Shown: positions 1-13,200 of the stretch, one piece after another
How positions within the stretch are numbered: the first letter of the stretch is position 1
Layout of the letters: each line of letters starts with the position of its first letter
From: Tubiluchus corallicola
Lineage: Eukaryota; Animalia; Priapulida
NCBI GenBank assembly: GCA_030141605.1
Contig: JAQGDQ010000474.1
Location: 110,848 to 174,847 of the forward strand
DNA: 64,000 bases
Direction of reading: 5' to 3'
Position numbers and translations under genes: made by a program
The notes under the pieces: generated by a model
The model's database searches: none
What the model saw: the letters and a program-made list of their open reading frames with translations, nothing else
Told to the model about the DNA's origin: nothing

Positions 1-1276
1 ATTACTGAAAAGCTTTGCATAAAAATGAAGAAACACATGAACTTATAAACGTTTGAGGATCTGTAGGAAAAACTTTAAGCCAGTTTTCAGAAATCAACAG
101 AGACATACTGATTTTACAACAGTTGCATACTAACCTCACAACTACTATACTAGAATAGGGATTTTTCCCTATTCTAAGGCTATCTAACCTCTCATACAAG
201 AACGGCCAAGCATGTCAAACAAACTCTACAGGTAATGCAAAAATCAATAATGAGGCTCTAGAATCAACACACCTGGCTTCACTGTACTCATGCTAGCCTG
301 AGAGATAACAAACACTCTAAGTGTTAAGACAGTGAAATCCAGCTTAACTCCAAAATATGGTCATATGACCTCCAGTGGTGGCTCGTAGCTAAAATTAGCG
401 GGAAGGTGCTGATTCAGAAAATTTGTAGGCATTATGTAATATTGATGTTGTACTTGTAATTTTAAACATTGTAAACTTGTAAATTTATATATAAACTTGA
501 TAAAATCCTAAATAAAAGATATTTTTTGCTTACAAATAGCCCAAATTGACGCTATTCAAGAACATGCAGGTACATGATATTTAAGCACGTGACAAGTGAC
601 AACACACTGCGTGAGCGATTGTGCTCTTTCTGCCTATGCAGCATCTTACCTCAGACATGTGGGTGCGGCCACGCACACAAGTACCAAGCACCTTGTTGCT
701 GGGCCTATGAAATGCAAAGTGCTGGGCTGTGAACCACACAGTTCTGTCACGGGCTTTGGTTGCGTACAAGTATAACTCCTTCAGGATCGTAAGCGTTTGC
801 TGCATTTTACACGGGTTCATGAAAAACTGCTTCCACTAGGCAGTGATTATGTTATATTTGATAATTTTTGTAGGTTTTTACTCCTCACACGATGGGTTTT
901 CATGCAAAATTATATATGAAATGCACTAGCTTACATTAGACAAATTAAAAAGCAATTTTTGACAAAAAAAATTGAAAAAAGCTTTCAGTAAGTGCTGTGT
1001 TTGCACCGTAACAAAGTACAGTATCACTTGTGTGAAATACTTAATATAGAAAATTTCATCTATCCAGACACAACACTGTGATACACTTTAGCTCAAGTCT
1101 TTTCAATTTTTAAAGAAAAATTCCTGTTAAAAGATGAAACGCTCTTAATTTGTCCTTGGCTGATCCGTATGCTTTTATAACATGTCACATCCATGTAACA
1201 GTGAGCATGCATGTAAAATAACAGACCAGACAGCCTTGAAGTAAACTCATGTTTATAAGATGACAAAAGATTGTAC

Positions 1277-4200
1277 CTTGTAGAAGACATCTGGCACGTA
1301 TTGTTGATTCGTAGACTCCTTGACGTATCCCAGTTCCGGAGCATCCTTTGTCGGTACCAAGCACTCGTCTTTCACTAGTGCCATACACTGATTAGATACT
1401 TGATAACCTTCCATGTGAATCTGATTATCTTTGTCACCTGTTGTTGAGCAAAACCAAAAAATCAGGAACAACAAAATGCCGGATCAAGGGAACTGTTGAG
1501 GTGAATTTTTATCACTCGCAGAACTAAAAATTTCAAATACAAAAATGTCCTTGAATCAGAGTATAGCGCAGTCAAACAAACTGAGTATAGTGCAGTAAAA
1601 CAAACTGAGTATAGCGCAGTCAAACAAACTGAGTATAGCGCAGTCAAACAAACTGAGTATAGTGCAGTAAAACAAACTGAGTATAGCGCAGTCAAACAAA
1701 CTGAGTATAGCGCAGTCAAACAAACTGAGTATAGCCAGTCAAACAAACTGAGTATAGCGCAGTCAGCAAACCGTCCAAAACCAAACCGATTGCACAAGTA
1801 AACATAATTATCTCACTGGCATAGCTAGGGGTGCGTGGGGCATCACTTGAGTGTGTCCCCCCCCCCCTAGTGAAAAATACTACGTAGCAATATCCCCGTG
1901 ATTTCAGATTCTAGATTTATAAAATTTGGCAGTGTTGCATTGCAAATGCAATATGTTTTGGAAATAAATTGATAGATTAATAAAGCAATAGCGGAAAAAT
2001 TTGTCTGTGAAGGAATAAATTCATCCTGTGTGCTTTAAAAGCTACGAAGGCCCAGTCAGCGGTTACTCTAAATCTTAAATGTGAGATTATAAATGTAGTT
2101 CACAGTTAAATGAAAAGAGATGTGTACTGCATTTCTGTTGAAAATTAAATTGTGTAATAGAAGAAACTTTTTCAGGGCATTTGATCAAAATGTCGCTCTC
2201 TAAATATCGCTGCACGGGGTAGATCACCCCTCTCACCCCCTGAATTACCCGTTAAGCTTACAGCTACAACTTGAGGTTTCTTTTAACCCCCCATATCTAT
2301 GCAAACAATAAAAAGCACCATTCTTGGAGTTGCACCCAAGTCAAGGTACTAGAAAACATTGTGCAAGCAATTTTTTATAATTATAAATGTGCGTATCCCT
2401 AATGTGTGCTTTCATATCAAAATCGTCCATAAGTCGGCAAGTGAGCTTTTCTAGTTATTCACATATCCTGAATCTTCATTTCATGAGGATAATTTTCATA
2501 CCAAGCTCATCACTCTTACATCTAAGCTGAGATAATCCACGTTGAAGTTGAGGTGCACTCTGTGCAGTGAAAAACTTGAGAAACTCGCTGTTAAAGTTAG
2601 ACATTGTTTTTTGTCGCATTTCTACAAGATCACATTGAAGTTATGTTTAAATCCAGTAGATGGCTCTTACTGATGAAGTCTGGGCTTGGCAACAGAAAAA
2701 CCCAAAGCGGATGATTGCTTCCATGAGCTACTATCAGAGTTTGAAAATACAAGTTTCTTATAATTGCTGTACTAGTTTCTAGCCAGAAAAGTGAATACGT
2801 GGTTGTTGGGGATAATGATACTGTCATGTGCTGCCACCTGTTAGGCCTTGAGTGAATTTCTTGCTTTAAATTTGTTAGCCTGTACTTATATACTCAGGTG
2901 ATTCAATCTGGTTTTTATGCAGATATCAGTAGGACAGTAGACTGTTACACTGTCTAGGTGTTTGCTATCTGTTTTATACTTAATTTAGCCAAATTTAATG
3001 ATTTGATAAATGCATGTGACCTGTTTCTGCAGTTTTCTGATGTCCTTAAGTTTAAATGGCAGGGCTGGCCAATATACGTAAGTTTAATATGATTGTTATT
3101 AATTTTTTTTGGATACTTAAAAGAGAAGTTTAATTTCTATTTCATGTAACAGTTTACTACTTTACAATTGTTGTGCTTTGTAATAATTGTGTAATTCATA
3201 CCTAAATGATTTAATATTTTGATTTAGTTTCTATTTTATAATAATCTTGTATAATCACCTGAATCTGAAAAATGCCTTTATTTTATTTTCTCAGAATAAA
3301 TAACCGTTAGCAAGCCAATGCGGAATTTGAAGTTTTGTTTTGGGACATTCAGTCAGCTACAGTGGTTATAAAATTAGATTTTAATTTTTTTTTACATTTT
3401 CCTGATAATTGATGCCAGAATATAAAAGTTCAATATATATAACGTTTGTTTTTATAAAAAAAACAAGAAATTGGCATTTGACCAAATAATTGGAGCATTC
3501 TACTTTGAAGCATCACAACATAGTTTTAACTATGGCGACATATGGACGGTTTTAACTATGGCGACATATGGACGGTTTTAACTATGGCGACATATGGACG
3601 GTTTTAACTATGGCGACATATGGACGGTTTTAACTATGGCGACATATGGACAGTTTTAACTATGGCGACATATGGACGGTTTTAACTATGGCGACATATG
3701 GACGGTTTTAACTATGGCGACATATGGACGGTTTTAACTATGGCGACATATGGACGGTTTTAACTATGGCGACATATGGACAGTTTTAACTATGGCGACA
3801 TATGGACGGTTTTAACTATGGCGACATATGGACGGTTTTAACTATGGCGACATATGGACAATTTTAACTATGGCGACATATGGACAGTTTTAACTATGGC
3901 GACATATGGACGGTTTTGGTTTGCAAGCACACTAATAATACAAGCATTTATGAGGTTTGTATATAGGAAAGTAGGACGCTAATAGTGATTATTTCAATAA
4001 TATTCAGTTCTAAGTTTGCTAATCATACGACTGCAGTCTTATTAGGTAAAAGATATTAAGAATTACATTCCTCAAAAGTTAAAACACATAACTTGACGCA
4101 CACTGCGCAGGTAAGAATATATAGATTTTCTCTCGCGTCGACATGAAAAATTTTTTACTCACCTGATATCACTACCGTAACAAATTTTGATCCAAAATGG

Positions 4201-7200
4201 CCGTCGGGTGAAAGTTTGCACGGATTCGGGTACTGATTCTGGAAAGATCCTGCCATGACGACCTCCTCTGCACTTAGAAAATATGTATTCTGTAAATGAA
4301 AACAATAAAATGAAATTGCAGTAGAAGAAAAAGAGTGAAAGGCTTGTTGCTGTTACTGGAATATGTGTGATTGAATGAAAGTGCAGGCTAGCAGTACCAA
4401 CAAAAAAAGCATCAATATCCAATTAGGCTGGCATTGATATAATAACTACAGCCATATCACGCTGAAAACACCGGTTCACGTCTGATCACCGAAGTTAAGC
4501 AACGTAGAGCCTGGTTAGTACTTGGATGGGCGACTGCCTAGGAATAGCAGGTGCTCGTAGACTATGCGGAGGAGCTGTACAAGCAGCCAACGGCTAGAGG
4601 GCGGAGGAGGTCAAGTGACCCAACGGCAATGTGTAGAGGAGTGAACCTTCCAAATCAGGAGTGGATCCCCGAAGGCGGACCACTGCAGCATGCTCACTGA
4701 CTCCGGCAGCTCCTGCAGCCAACCTGGTGCCAAACGTATCGCTCCGCTTTCCTTTGGACTACACCAGAGAGGAAGAGAGTGGGTTGCTATTGTCTGGGCA
4801 ATTGTGGAATGAAAACGACTTACCAAACTATTTACACTCATATCTCAGTTTACCAGGCCTCGCTTTTACGGATATCAAAGAATCGGACAAAATCCGGACT
4901 GTTAAAAAGGTCAACATACTACGGACACAGTCTGTTGTTTCGCGAGCGGACCGCAAGTTGGCAGGCATCACTTTGTTTACATCATTACATCAGTGCAAAG
5001 CATGTGCAGACAAAAATATAGAATCAATTATGCGTCAATTGCCTATAGTTTTTATATACTTTTGTATAGGAGTGACCACTGGATGCTCTTGAGACTATTG
5101 GGTGGGTCTAATGCACGGCGTCCACTGTATTAACTTAGTATCGTCAAATACGGACAATTGGCAATTCGGACCGATGTCTTCTGTCCGGAAACCAATATAT
5201 GAGTGCACATTGGTTGAACTGTGTTTTATAAATTGAGAAAGCGGAAAACAAAACCACATGTAATCAGGGCCTATTTCAAGGGGGGGAAGTGGGGATACTT
5301 CCCCGGGGCCTCACCCTCCAGGGGGTCCTCGCGCCGAGGTAATATTTTTTTTTTGCTTTATGCGAACATATTGTATAACTCCATATTTTCTCTTCGAAAA
5401 TGCTTCTCCGGTGTTTTAGCAGTTCAAAAATTTTCTGGCCGACCCCCCCCCCAGAGGAGGCCTCACATACCCCAGCGGCGGATTATGATTTTATGGGCCT
5501 TAGGCTTGAGCTTGGAACGGGCCTTTTAAATGTTGCTACACTGCTGAGCTGACGTGTTTTTGTGGAGCTCTCGTCGTTTGTAAAGGATGACAAATTAAAG
5601 AATTTATCACTGATGCATATTGAGTCAGATATGTTGAAAAAAATGGACTTTTCAGAAATTATAACTGACTTTGCCCCCAGAAAAATTCGGAAACTGAAAT
5701 TTTGAACTTAAACTGTGTAAACGTGAATTGTGTAAACTTAAATTGTGTAAACGTGAATTGTGTAAACGTGAATTGTGTAAACCCGATTTGAAATATAGTG
5801 ACTGACTTTTGAAAAAAAAACTTTTTTGTATATTTTATTTTGGCGGGCCCCTTGCTCTTTTGTCAATTTATTTTTTTTACAAAACAATTTTTTTTTCGTT
5901 TTATTTTGCCGGGCCCCTTTTGATCCCGGGCCTTAGGCTTCAGCCTATTCAGCCTATAGGGCTATCCGCTACAGACACACCCCAATTCCCCGGGCCTCGC
6001 TTAGGCTGAAATAGGCCCTGCATATAATTACCATATTTCTAAAGTGCTTGACAGTTCCAGCTCTCGCATTTTCAGTGATGAGGTCGGTAAATATCCAGCC
6101 GACTCGCTTCAGGCCGAGTTCGGTAGCAATGTTGTCTATCACTTCAGCTTTGTCATCCTCTAACAGTTCCATTCCATTTACGGAATTTACCTAGCAATGC
6201 ACGAACAAAAAATCAATAAATTAATACTACATGCTGCAAATAAGTGAATAAAAGTCCATACAGGGTGTCCATAAAGTCTGGGTACGTGAGTGGAACCATG
6301 CAGATTATTTTATTAAGTAGGCATAACTACATGCCAAATTATGACAAGTCACAGATTATAGGCATTCTTTTGAAACTTAATAGGAATATATAAAGAAATC
6401 TTTATTTGCCCCGTTTATTTTACTATTTTCTCCTGACTTTAAACTAAAATTTAACAGTCAGTAAATTTTGCATCTTCCTTTCCTGAATATTGACAGGTAT
6501 CAATTAAAAAATAAAACAAATGATCAGTACCGGATTGCGAAAATCTGCGAGAATAACTGGGCACCTGTATTGCACTAAGAGAGTAATGTAAATCCAAAGT
6601 TTACAAAGATAATTGTCTAGCCTGCATTAGATCTACTCTCAATGTAATAAAAACAATCAACCAACGCGGGGGACCAATTTGGCAAGTGCATGAAGAAGTT
6701 CTGAAGGTAATTGCTAAGACACTGGATTACAGGTAGAATTCAAGTAGAATACAGGTGAGCTTTATTTATACATCATTAATAACACTATACATTGCTCTCT
6801 CAGTTTAAGTCACGTGCTTACTCAATGATCTCTGAAAGCCAACTGCCCAGGTAAGTTTTTTCCATGAAGCAAGGAAGCCAGCTATTCCATGAAGGTAAAT
6901 GTTATGCATACTAGTTCAAGGATGAAAGTTTAGACTGTATATAAAGAAACTGACTTATTTTATAGCTGAAATTTCTTGTGTGGGATTTTTGATGTTTTAA
7001 CAAGAGAATGTAATAATATGACTAATTATCATAATTAAGAACTAATAAAAAATAAGATAAAGAAATCGTGAGGTTTTTACGACAAAGTGATAATTAAGAT
7101 AAAACAAATGGATAATAATGTTTAAGAAAGCGCAAACATGAAATGACATTTTCATGTTAATAATCTTCTGTAATCTTGTCCAAATCAGCCAAGTTTAAAT

Positions 7201-10200
7201 TTTCAAATCCTTCTGCGATGCTGTCAACTTTCTGCGATGCTGTCAACTTTCTGCGATGCTGTCAACTTTTCTAGATTTTTCAGAAGTTCCAGTCTGACAA
7301 AATGCACACGAAGGCGGTAAAGATACAGATCATTTCTCTACACCAACCATAATGTTCACCAAACATTTGTGACACATGCCAATCCAAATATCTTACATAA
7401 GCAGGGTTCACAATAGTTTCACATATTATAAGTGCCTGACTCTACACAAGTACATACAAAATTATTCGCTATACAAAAGCAGATAAACGAATCAGAAAAA
7501 CTACGAGATTTATGACGCCGTTCAATATTCCTTTTTCCAAATCAGGTCAAAAAAATTTCACAAGTGTCGAATAATAATTACCTGTGGAGGTTCGTAAATG
7601 GCTACTACCGTTGCCTTTATACCCAGAGGCACGTCTTTGTGGTGCTCGTATCGACCGAAGAGGAAACCGATACGCTGCTGTCCGCTCTTCCGCCAAAAGT
7701 CGAGAAACTTGTCCACAATATCACCGTTCTCAAAGCTAATGTTGTCCACGTGTCTGTACAACTGCAATAATTAAAATGTTCGTTAAGAAAAACCAACAGC
7801 TTAGATATAGTGACAAAGACACATGCAGACAAATTTGTACTGATTCATAAAACATATAGTCTAGCCTCGTTATCTCGCCCCTCGTTATGCCGCCAAACTC
7901 GTCTCTCACCATAGAAAGTACCAGGACGGATTTCCTGCTTTGATATTTACCTCGTTAAGTCACCACCCTCGCTTCTCGCCCCCGCCACGTCATGCTAGGA
8001 TGAGTGCTTATGTAAACTATATTCGTTATGTCGCCAAACAGACAAACTCTGAGGTGAATCGATCTATACATATACCGCGTGTCGATCAATATAACCGCGG
8101 TATGTAGACAATGCTGCGACGATATTCAAGGATTGTGTTTGATTAAACGTCGTGTTGACTGCTTGTGTGTATCACCAATGAAACAGTCGTCTCTTCTGAA
8201 TTATTTAAGTCATCAGTAACTTATTTGTGAACATTTCTAAATCTTTTTCTAAGTTTATTGCATTTAAGTGTATACTCGAAAAAAGGTTTTTTAAATAAAA
8301 AAGTAACATTCTAAGATTATTTTTATGACATTCTTTCATTTCTGATTTAATGTTGATTGGTATCATAATGCGAAATATATTTTATATGTACACAGGGGAA
8401 CACTATGTTAATCAACTATTATGTACAGTATGTATATACATATAGACTAACTTCGTTATATTCCCGTTATCTCGCCATACTCGCCTCTCGCCAAAAATTT
8501 GCCCTAAACGGACAGTGGCGAGATAACGAGTCTAGACTGTATATGCAAACCAAAAGTGCTTTTCCAAACTCGCTGTTTTAATAAAATTTTAGCGTCAATG
8601 CTACTAACACTGACAGCAGAAAATATTTTACTTATAATTTGCTTCGAAAAATTGAATTTCGGGAATTTTGAATAAAAAAGCCAAAATCTATAAAAAATAG
8701 TAATAACTTGATCATCATTATTATTACAAGGCCAACACAATCCTTCATATAGAAACCAATCAAACTACAGTACTATATTATAGTATAAATATAATTATGC
8801 ATTTTTAGCCAAACAAATTTCTCATGTAAATTTAGTATCCAGTAATTTTCTGGTGCCAGTTTTACTGTGGAGTTAAAGAAGGGATGTATAAAAGTGAATT
8901 CTATTAAACTCACTGAAACACTTGCTAAACAGGTACAGTAAGTCCTTGCTTAATGACGCCATGTTTAGCGATGTTTCATTTTAACGACGCAGAACATTTG
9001 ACGCCTTTTTTTACTTAAAGACGCCACCAGGACTTAAATGTCAATGAAAGATCTACTAATTAATGAATATACTCTTATATTAATATTCTTGGTATCTTAA
9101 TATATATATATTTATTTATATATAAGATTCGAGGCTACAGCCCGGACAAGGGCACCATTTGCGGCGATCTATATATCAAACGAAAGGTCTCGATCTAGTG
9201 TCGTCTCATTGGGGGTTTATTTTTCTAATCGGGCCCACCGGGAGGTTTTTCGGGCGTTTTTTGCAAAAGTTATACGGCTGAGATGTAGAGAACGGGAACG
9301 GGTCGAGGGTGGTGCTGGGCGTGGATAGATAGCCCGTTCAGCGATGGGTGTCATAGGCCTATTTAGAGTTCCCGAGAGGGCCACGGCGTCCCGCAACGGG
9401 CATTTTCCCGGACCCAAATCGCGATTTTGTCGAAATTTTGATCAAACAGCATGCGAAAAAAACGTTCTAGCGGCGCCTGGTGGGACTCTCGGAAGGAGAT
9501 ATATAGCTCTTTGCAAAGAGGAAGGACAGGGCTACACGATGATGTGGGTTATATTTTAGGGCAGGTCCACTGAGAGGAGTATCAACGAGTTAATTAGTTC
9601 TATTTTCGGCAATTTTCACTTAGAAAACTGCTGACGCAAAGGCATTGTTCTGACGTCATCCATTGTACTCTACTCTGCTTATAACTTTAATTCAGCAAAA
9701 AGCTACAGGCTTTGCGTTAGTTAAACAAAAAGTAGGCATGATGTTACGGGCTTTGTGTTATACATGAGGACTGTGTAGGATGTTCGCGTATTATTGATTA
9801 TACGTGTATTTATACGCAAAATCTTTTGCGGGGCCTTTGCTAGTATATATTAATACATAATTACCACACAAACAAAATTTCGCGTTCGCGCCACTAGTTC
9901 TTCGCTGTTGCACGCATTTCGCGATTCGCTAGTTAGACGGGCATAAGCGCTGCATTTCGGAAACGCATTGTACAAAATACAGGTGCTGTGCCTCTCAATT
10001 CAGATGTGTTAGTTTGTGATGAACTGCACACGTTTGGCAGCTCATGCACGAGTGCAGCGGTAAATTTGAAATTTGAATTTCTATCTCAAAACTTGCATAG
10101 TTTTAGTACAACACACTGAATATCTTACAGTAGTAATCTTTTCGCTTTCGCAAACACGTGCAACACGCTCATGGAATATATTTGCTGTTGAGATTGGGTT

Positions 10201-13200
10201 AGTTTATGATGTCATCAATAGTGGGCTCGCCCGCCATTAATTAAATATATACTAAATATTATCAATTTAAGCTAGCTAAGAAAGTAAAATTATATACGTG
10301 ATTTCGAGCAAGCAGAAATAAATTAATCTGTAGAAACATGAATAAAACTCATAAATCATTTAATTTATATGATTTAAGCAGCATTGATTTTTGCCTCTGG
10401 AACGTATCTCAATTCTTCTACATTACTTTCTATGGAAGTCTTGACTTCAATTAACGATGTTTCGCTTAGCACCGCATTTTCTTGGAACGCATTAGCGTCG
10501 TTAAACGACGACTTACTGTATACAAGATTAGCTGCAAGTTGTCGCAACATACAATTGCTTTTATAGTCTCAACAAAAATGTAGAAAAAACTTTCTGTGTA
10601 AAAACCTATGATCTAAATTCATACCTGTCTGTTCAAAGTGACGGCATTTGGCTGACACTTTGTGCAAATGCCTTCAGGCCACGGCGGATGACCCATGCAA
10701 CCTGCTTTTATCTTACAGCTTATGTTTTCCAACATTGCAAACTTTCCTCTGCAAACAGACGAAAAGTGCATCAATTCTTTTGAAGAGAAAATTGAAATAT
10801 CTTTGAAAGCTCCACCTAAAAGTAATTCCTTTTGCTATGACCAACAAGTACACAATAATAAATGCAGGGCAAATACAGGAATTCTTAGCCGGAATTAAAA
10901 TGATTTTTTAAGGCTGGTTGATTAATAGCAGCTAGCTGAAAATTAAGTTGTTAGATTCTTGAAGAATTAGTGTTGATTTCCAATAAGAGCCTTTTCTAGC
11001 TACTAAAATTAGGGGTTCTGACTTTTCAAAGTAAAGAGGTGATAAGATACGTCAGGTAAAGGCAGTTGTACTGGAAATCTGCCATCGGCAGGCTTTCCGG
11101 CCTTCGCTTGTTGTTGCCTTTGGCCACCTTGTGGTGATTTTTTGGCCTGGACACGTGATCAGTTTGATCGGTGTCAGAGGCGTGTGAAGTGAGGACGCGT
11201 CATGGTGGGTTGATTAAATGTTGTCGTTATCTGTTGCAATTGCTTATGATTTGGGGCTAAAAACGTACGTATATACTCAAATTATTTTATAAAATTTAAA
11301 TTTACTATTAGATAACAGCTATTTATTGATTAATGCAACAGCACAGTATGAAACTCTGAATTATGTAAAATTGACTTTTGGCTAGTGTTATTTATTTTTT
11401 GTCATTTGTTTATGGTTTTGTTTAGATGGAATGATATGTTTTGGTAAATAAACAGGGAAGAAGAGCAAAATGTATCTAGCTTCAAATTTGGTTTTGAAAG
11501 CCCAAACATTTTTAAATGATGCATTTTACATCAGATAGAAACTACTGGAAGCGTTTAGTACGTTATATAAAGTCATGTATGCATTGGAATATTTTACAGC
11601 AGTGCAAAACTGAACAGAAAAGAAAACCCAATTATGAACAATAATAAATCTTTCCCTTTTCATCAATTTTAACTTTCCACTCTTCGAGTTTCACCCAATT
11701 TAGATCTTGAAGATCTAATATAAACCAAGTTTTAGCATAAAAATTATCAACACCATTTAACATTACAATATGGCACCTAATCTACGACCATATCACATTG
11801 AAAACACCGGTTCTCGTCTGATCACCAAAGTTAAGCAACATAGAGCCTGGTTAGTACTTGGATGCATGACCGTCTAGAAATACCAGGTGCTGTAGGCTTG
11901 CGGGATGCCCACACTGTATCTCGACACTAGGCGGAGGAGCTGCACAAGCAGCCAACGGCTAGAGGGCGGAGGAGGTCAAGTGACCCAATGGCCATGTGTA
12001 GAGGAGTAAACCTTCCAAATCAGGAGTGGAGCCCCAAAGACGGACCAGTGCAGCATGCTCACTGATTCCGGCAGCTCCTGCAGCCAACCTGGTGCCAAAC
12101 GTATCGCACAACTTTCCTTTGGACTACACCAGGGAGGAAGAGAGGGGGTTCCTGTTGTCTGGTCAATTCAGGATCTCCATACACCTTGCCCAGGCGTGCG
12201 CCCTGGAGAGGTTCAAGAATCGCACTGCTCAGCCACAGTCGACGCTGCAGCTCCATCAATGTGATCAATAACTGACTCTCTTGGTGCACACTCCATTGTC
12301 TTCCGAGACAGAAGGATGCCAACCACAACCAACCAACCAACATTCACAAACATCTCGGAAATTCATGATAACTTAAGGTTCATAAAATAAGATTTTGTTG
12401 CAGGAATTAAAGTTTATAAAGAAGAAATTTTATTAAGAAGAAAGAAAACAGTAAGCACTCACTTGCTGACTCCACATGTTAGTTTGCGTATATAAGAATG
12501 AAATGACATGTGCCTAATGTTTTGCTCCCGTAGGTAACCCTCATCCCAAGGATCTAGCGGAGTGCAATGTATGCACTTCTCCCGTTTATTATGTTGGCAG
12601 CTAAAACAGATGACAAAAAACTAGAAAATTGTTTTCAGCGTTGAAAATAAACCTTTGTTTCTAAGAAAAAGTTCCAACAGGTACAAATAAGGCATTATGA
12701 CAGCACTACGAATAATATAATTAATTTGTACAAATTGTGTTGCCCATCCACCTTCAGTTTCTGACCAGTCGAACTATCTGGAAAATGTTCCGTTTTGTAC
12801 ATTACGTGTCTGTAACTATCTGGAAATGTTCCATTTTGTACATTACGTGTTTATAACTATCTGGAAATGTTCCATTTTGTACATTACGAGTTTATAACTA
12901 TCTGGAAATGTTCCATTTTGTACATTACGCTTTTATAACTATCTGGAAATGTTCCATTTTGTACATTACGTGTTTAAAACTTTTGCAATGAACTATAGAA
13001 AAAAGACGTTTTTTAGTTTTTAAGCTTTGTACTGATGGCTAACTGGACACAGATGTCAGAAGCACGGTCAAACACACACATAAACCTCAAAACCCTAGTT
13101 GATTTACAAGTAAAATACCTTAATTACAACTAAAATAAATGGAAAACTTACTATTTTGGATCAGGTGATCTCTCAATTACGCCACTTTGTTTGTTCAAGA

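Noticed and set aside
2-199. Further NPLOC4 exon
   Set aside because: The translation does not resemble the expected next NPL4 segment (..ARPLPVEYL..); the remaining exons lie outside the window.
2671-2705. Hammerhead core CTGATGA
   Set aside because: No convincing stem II followed by GAAAC, and no stem I/III pairing.
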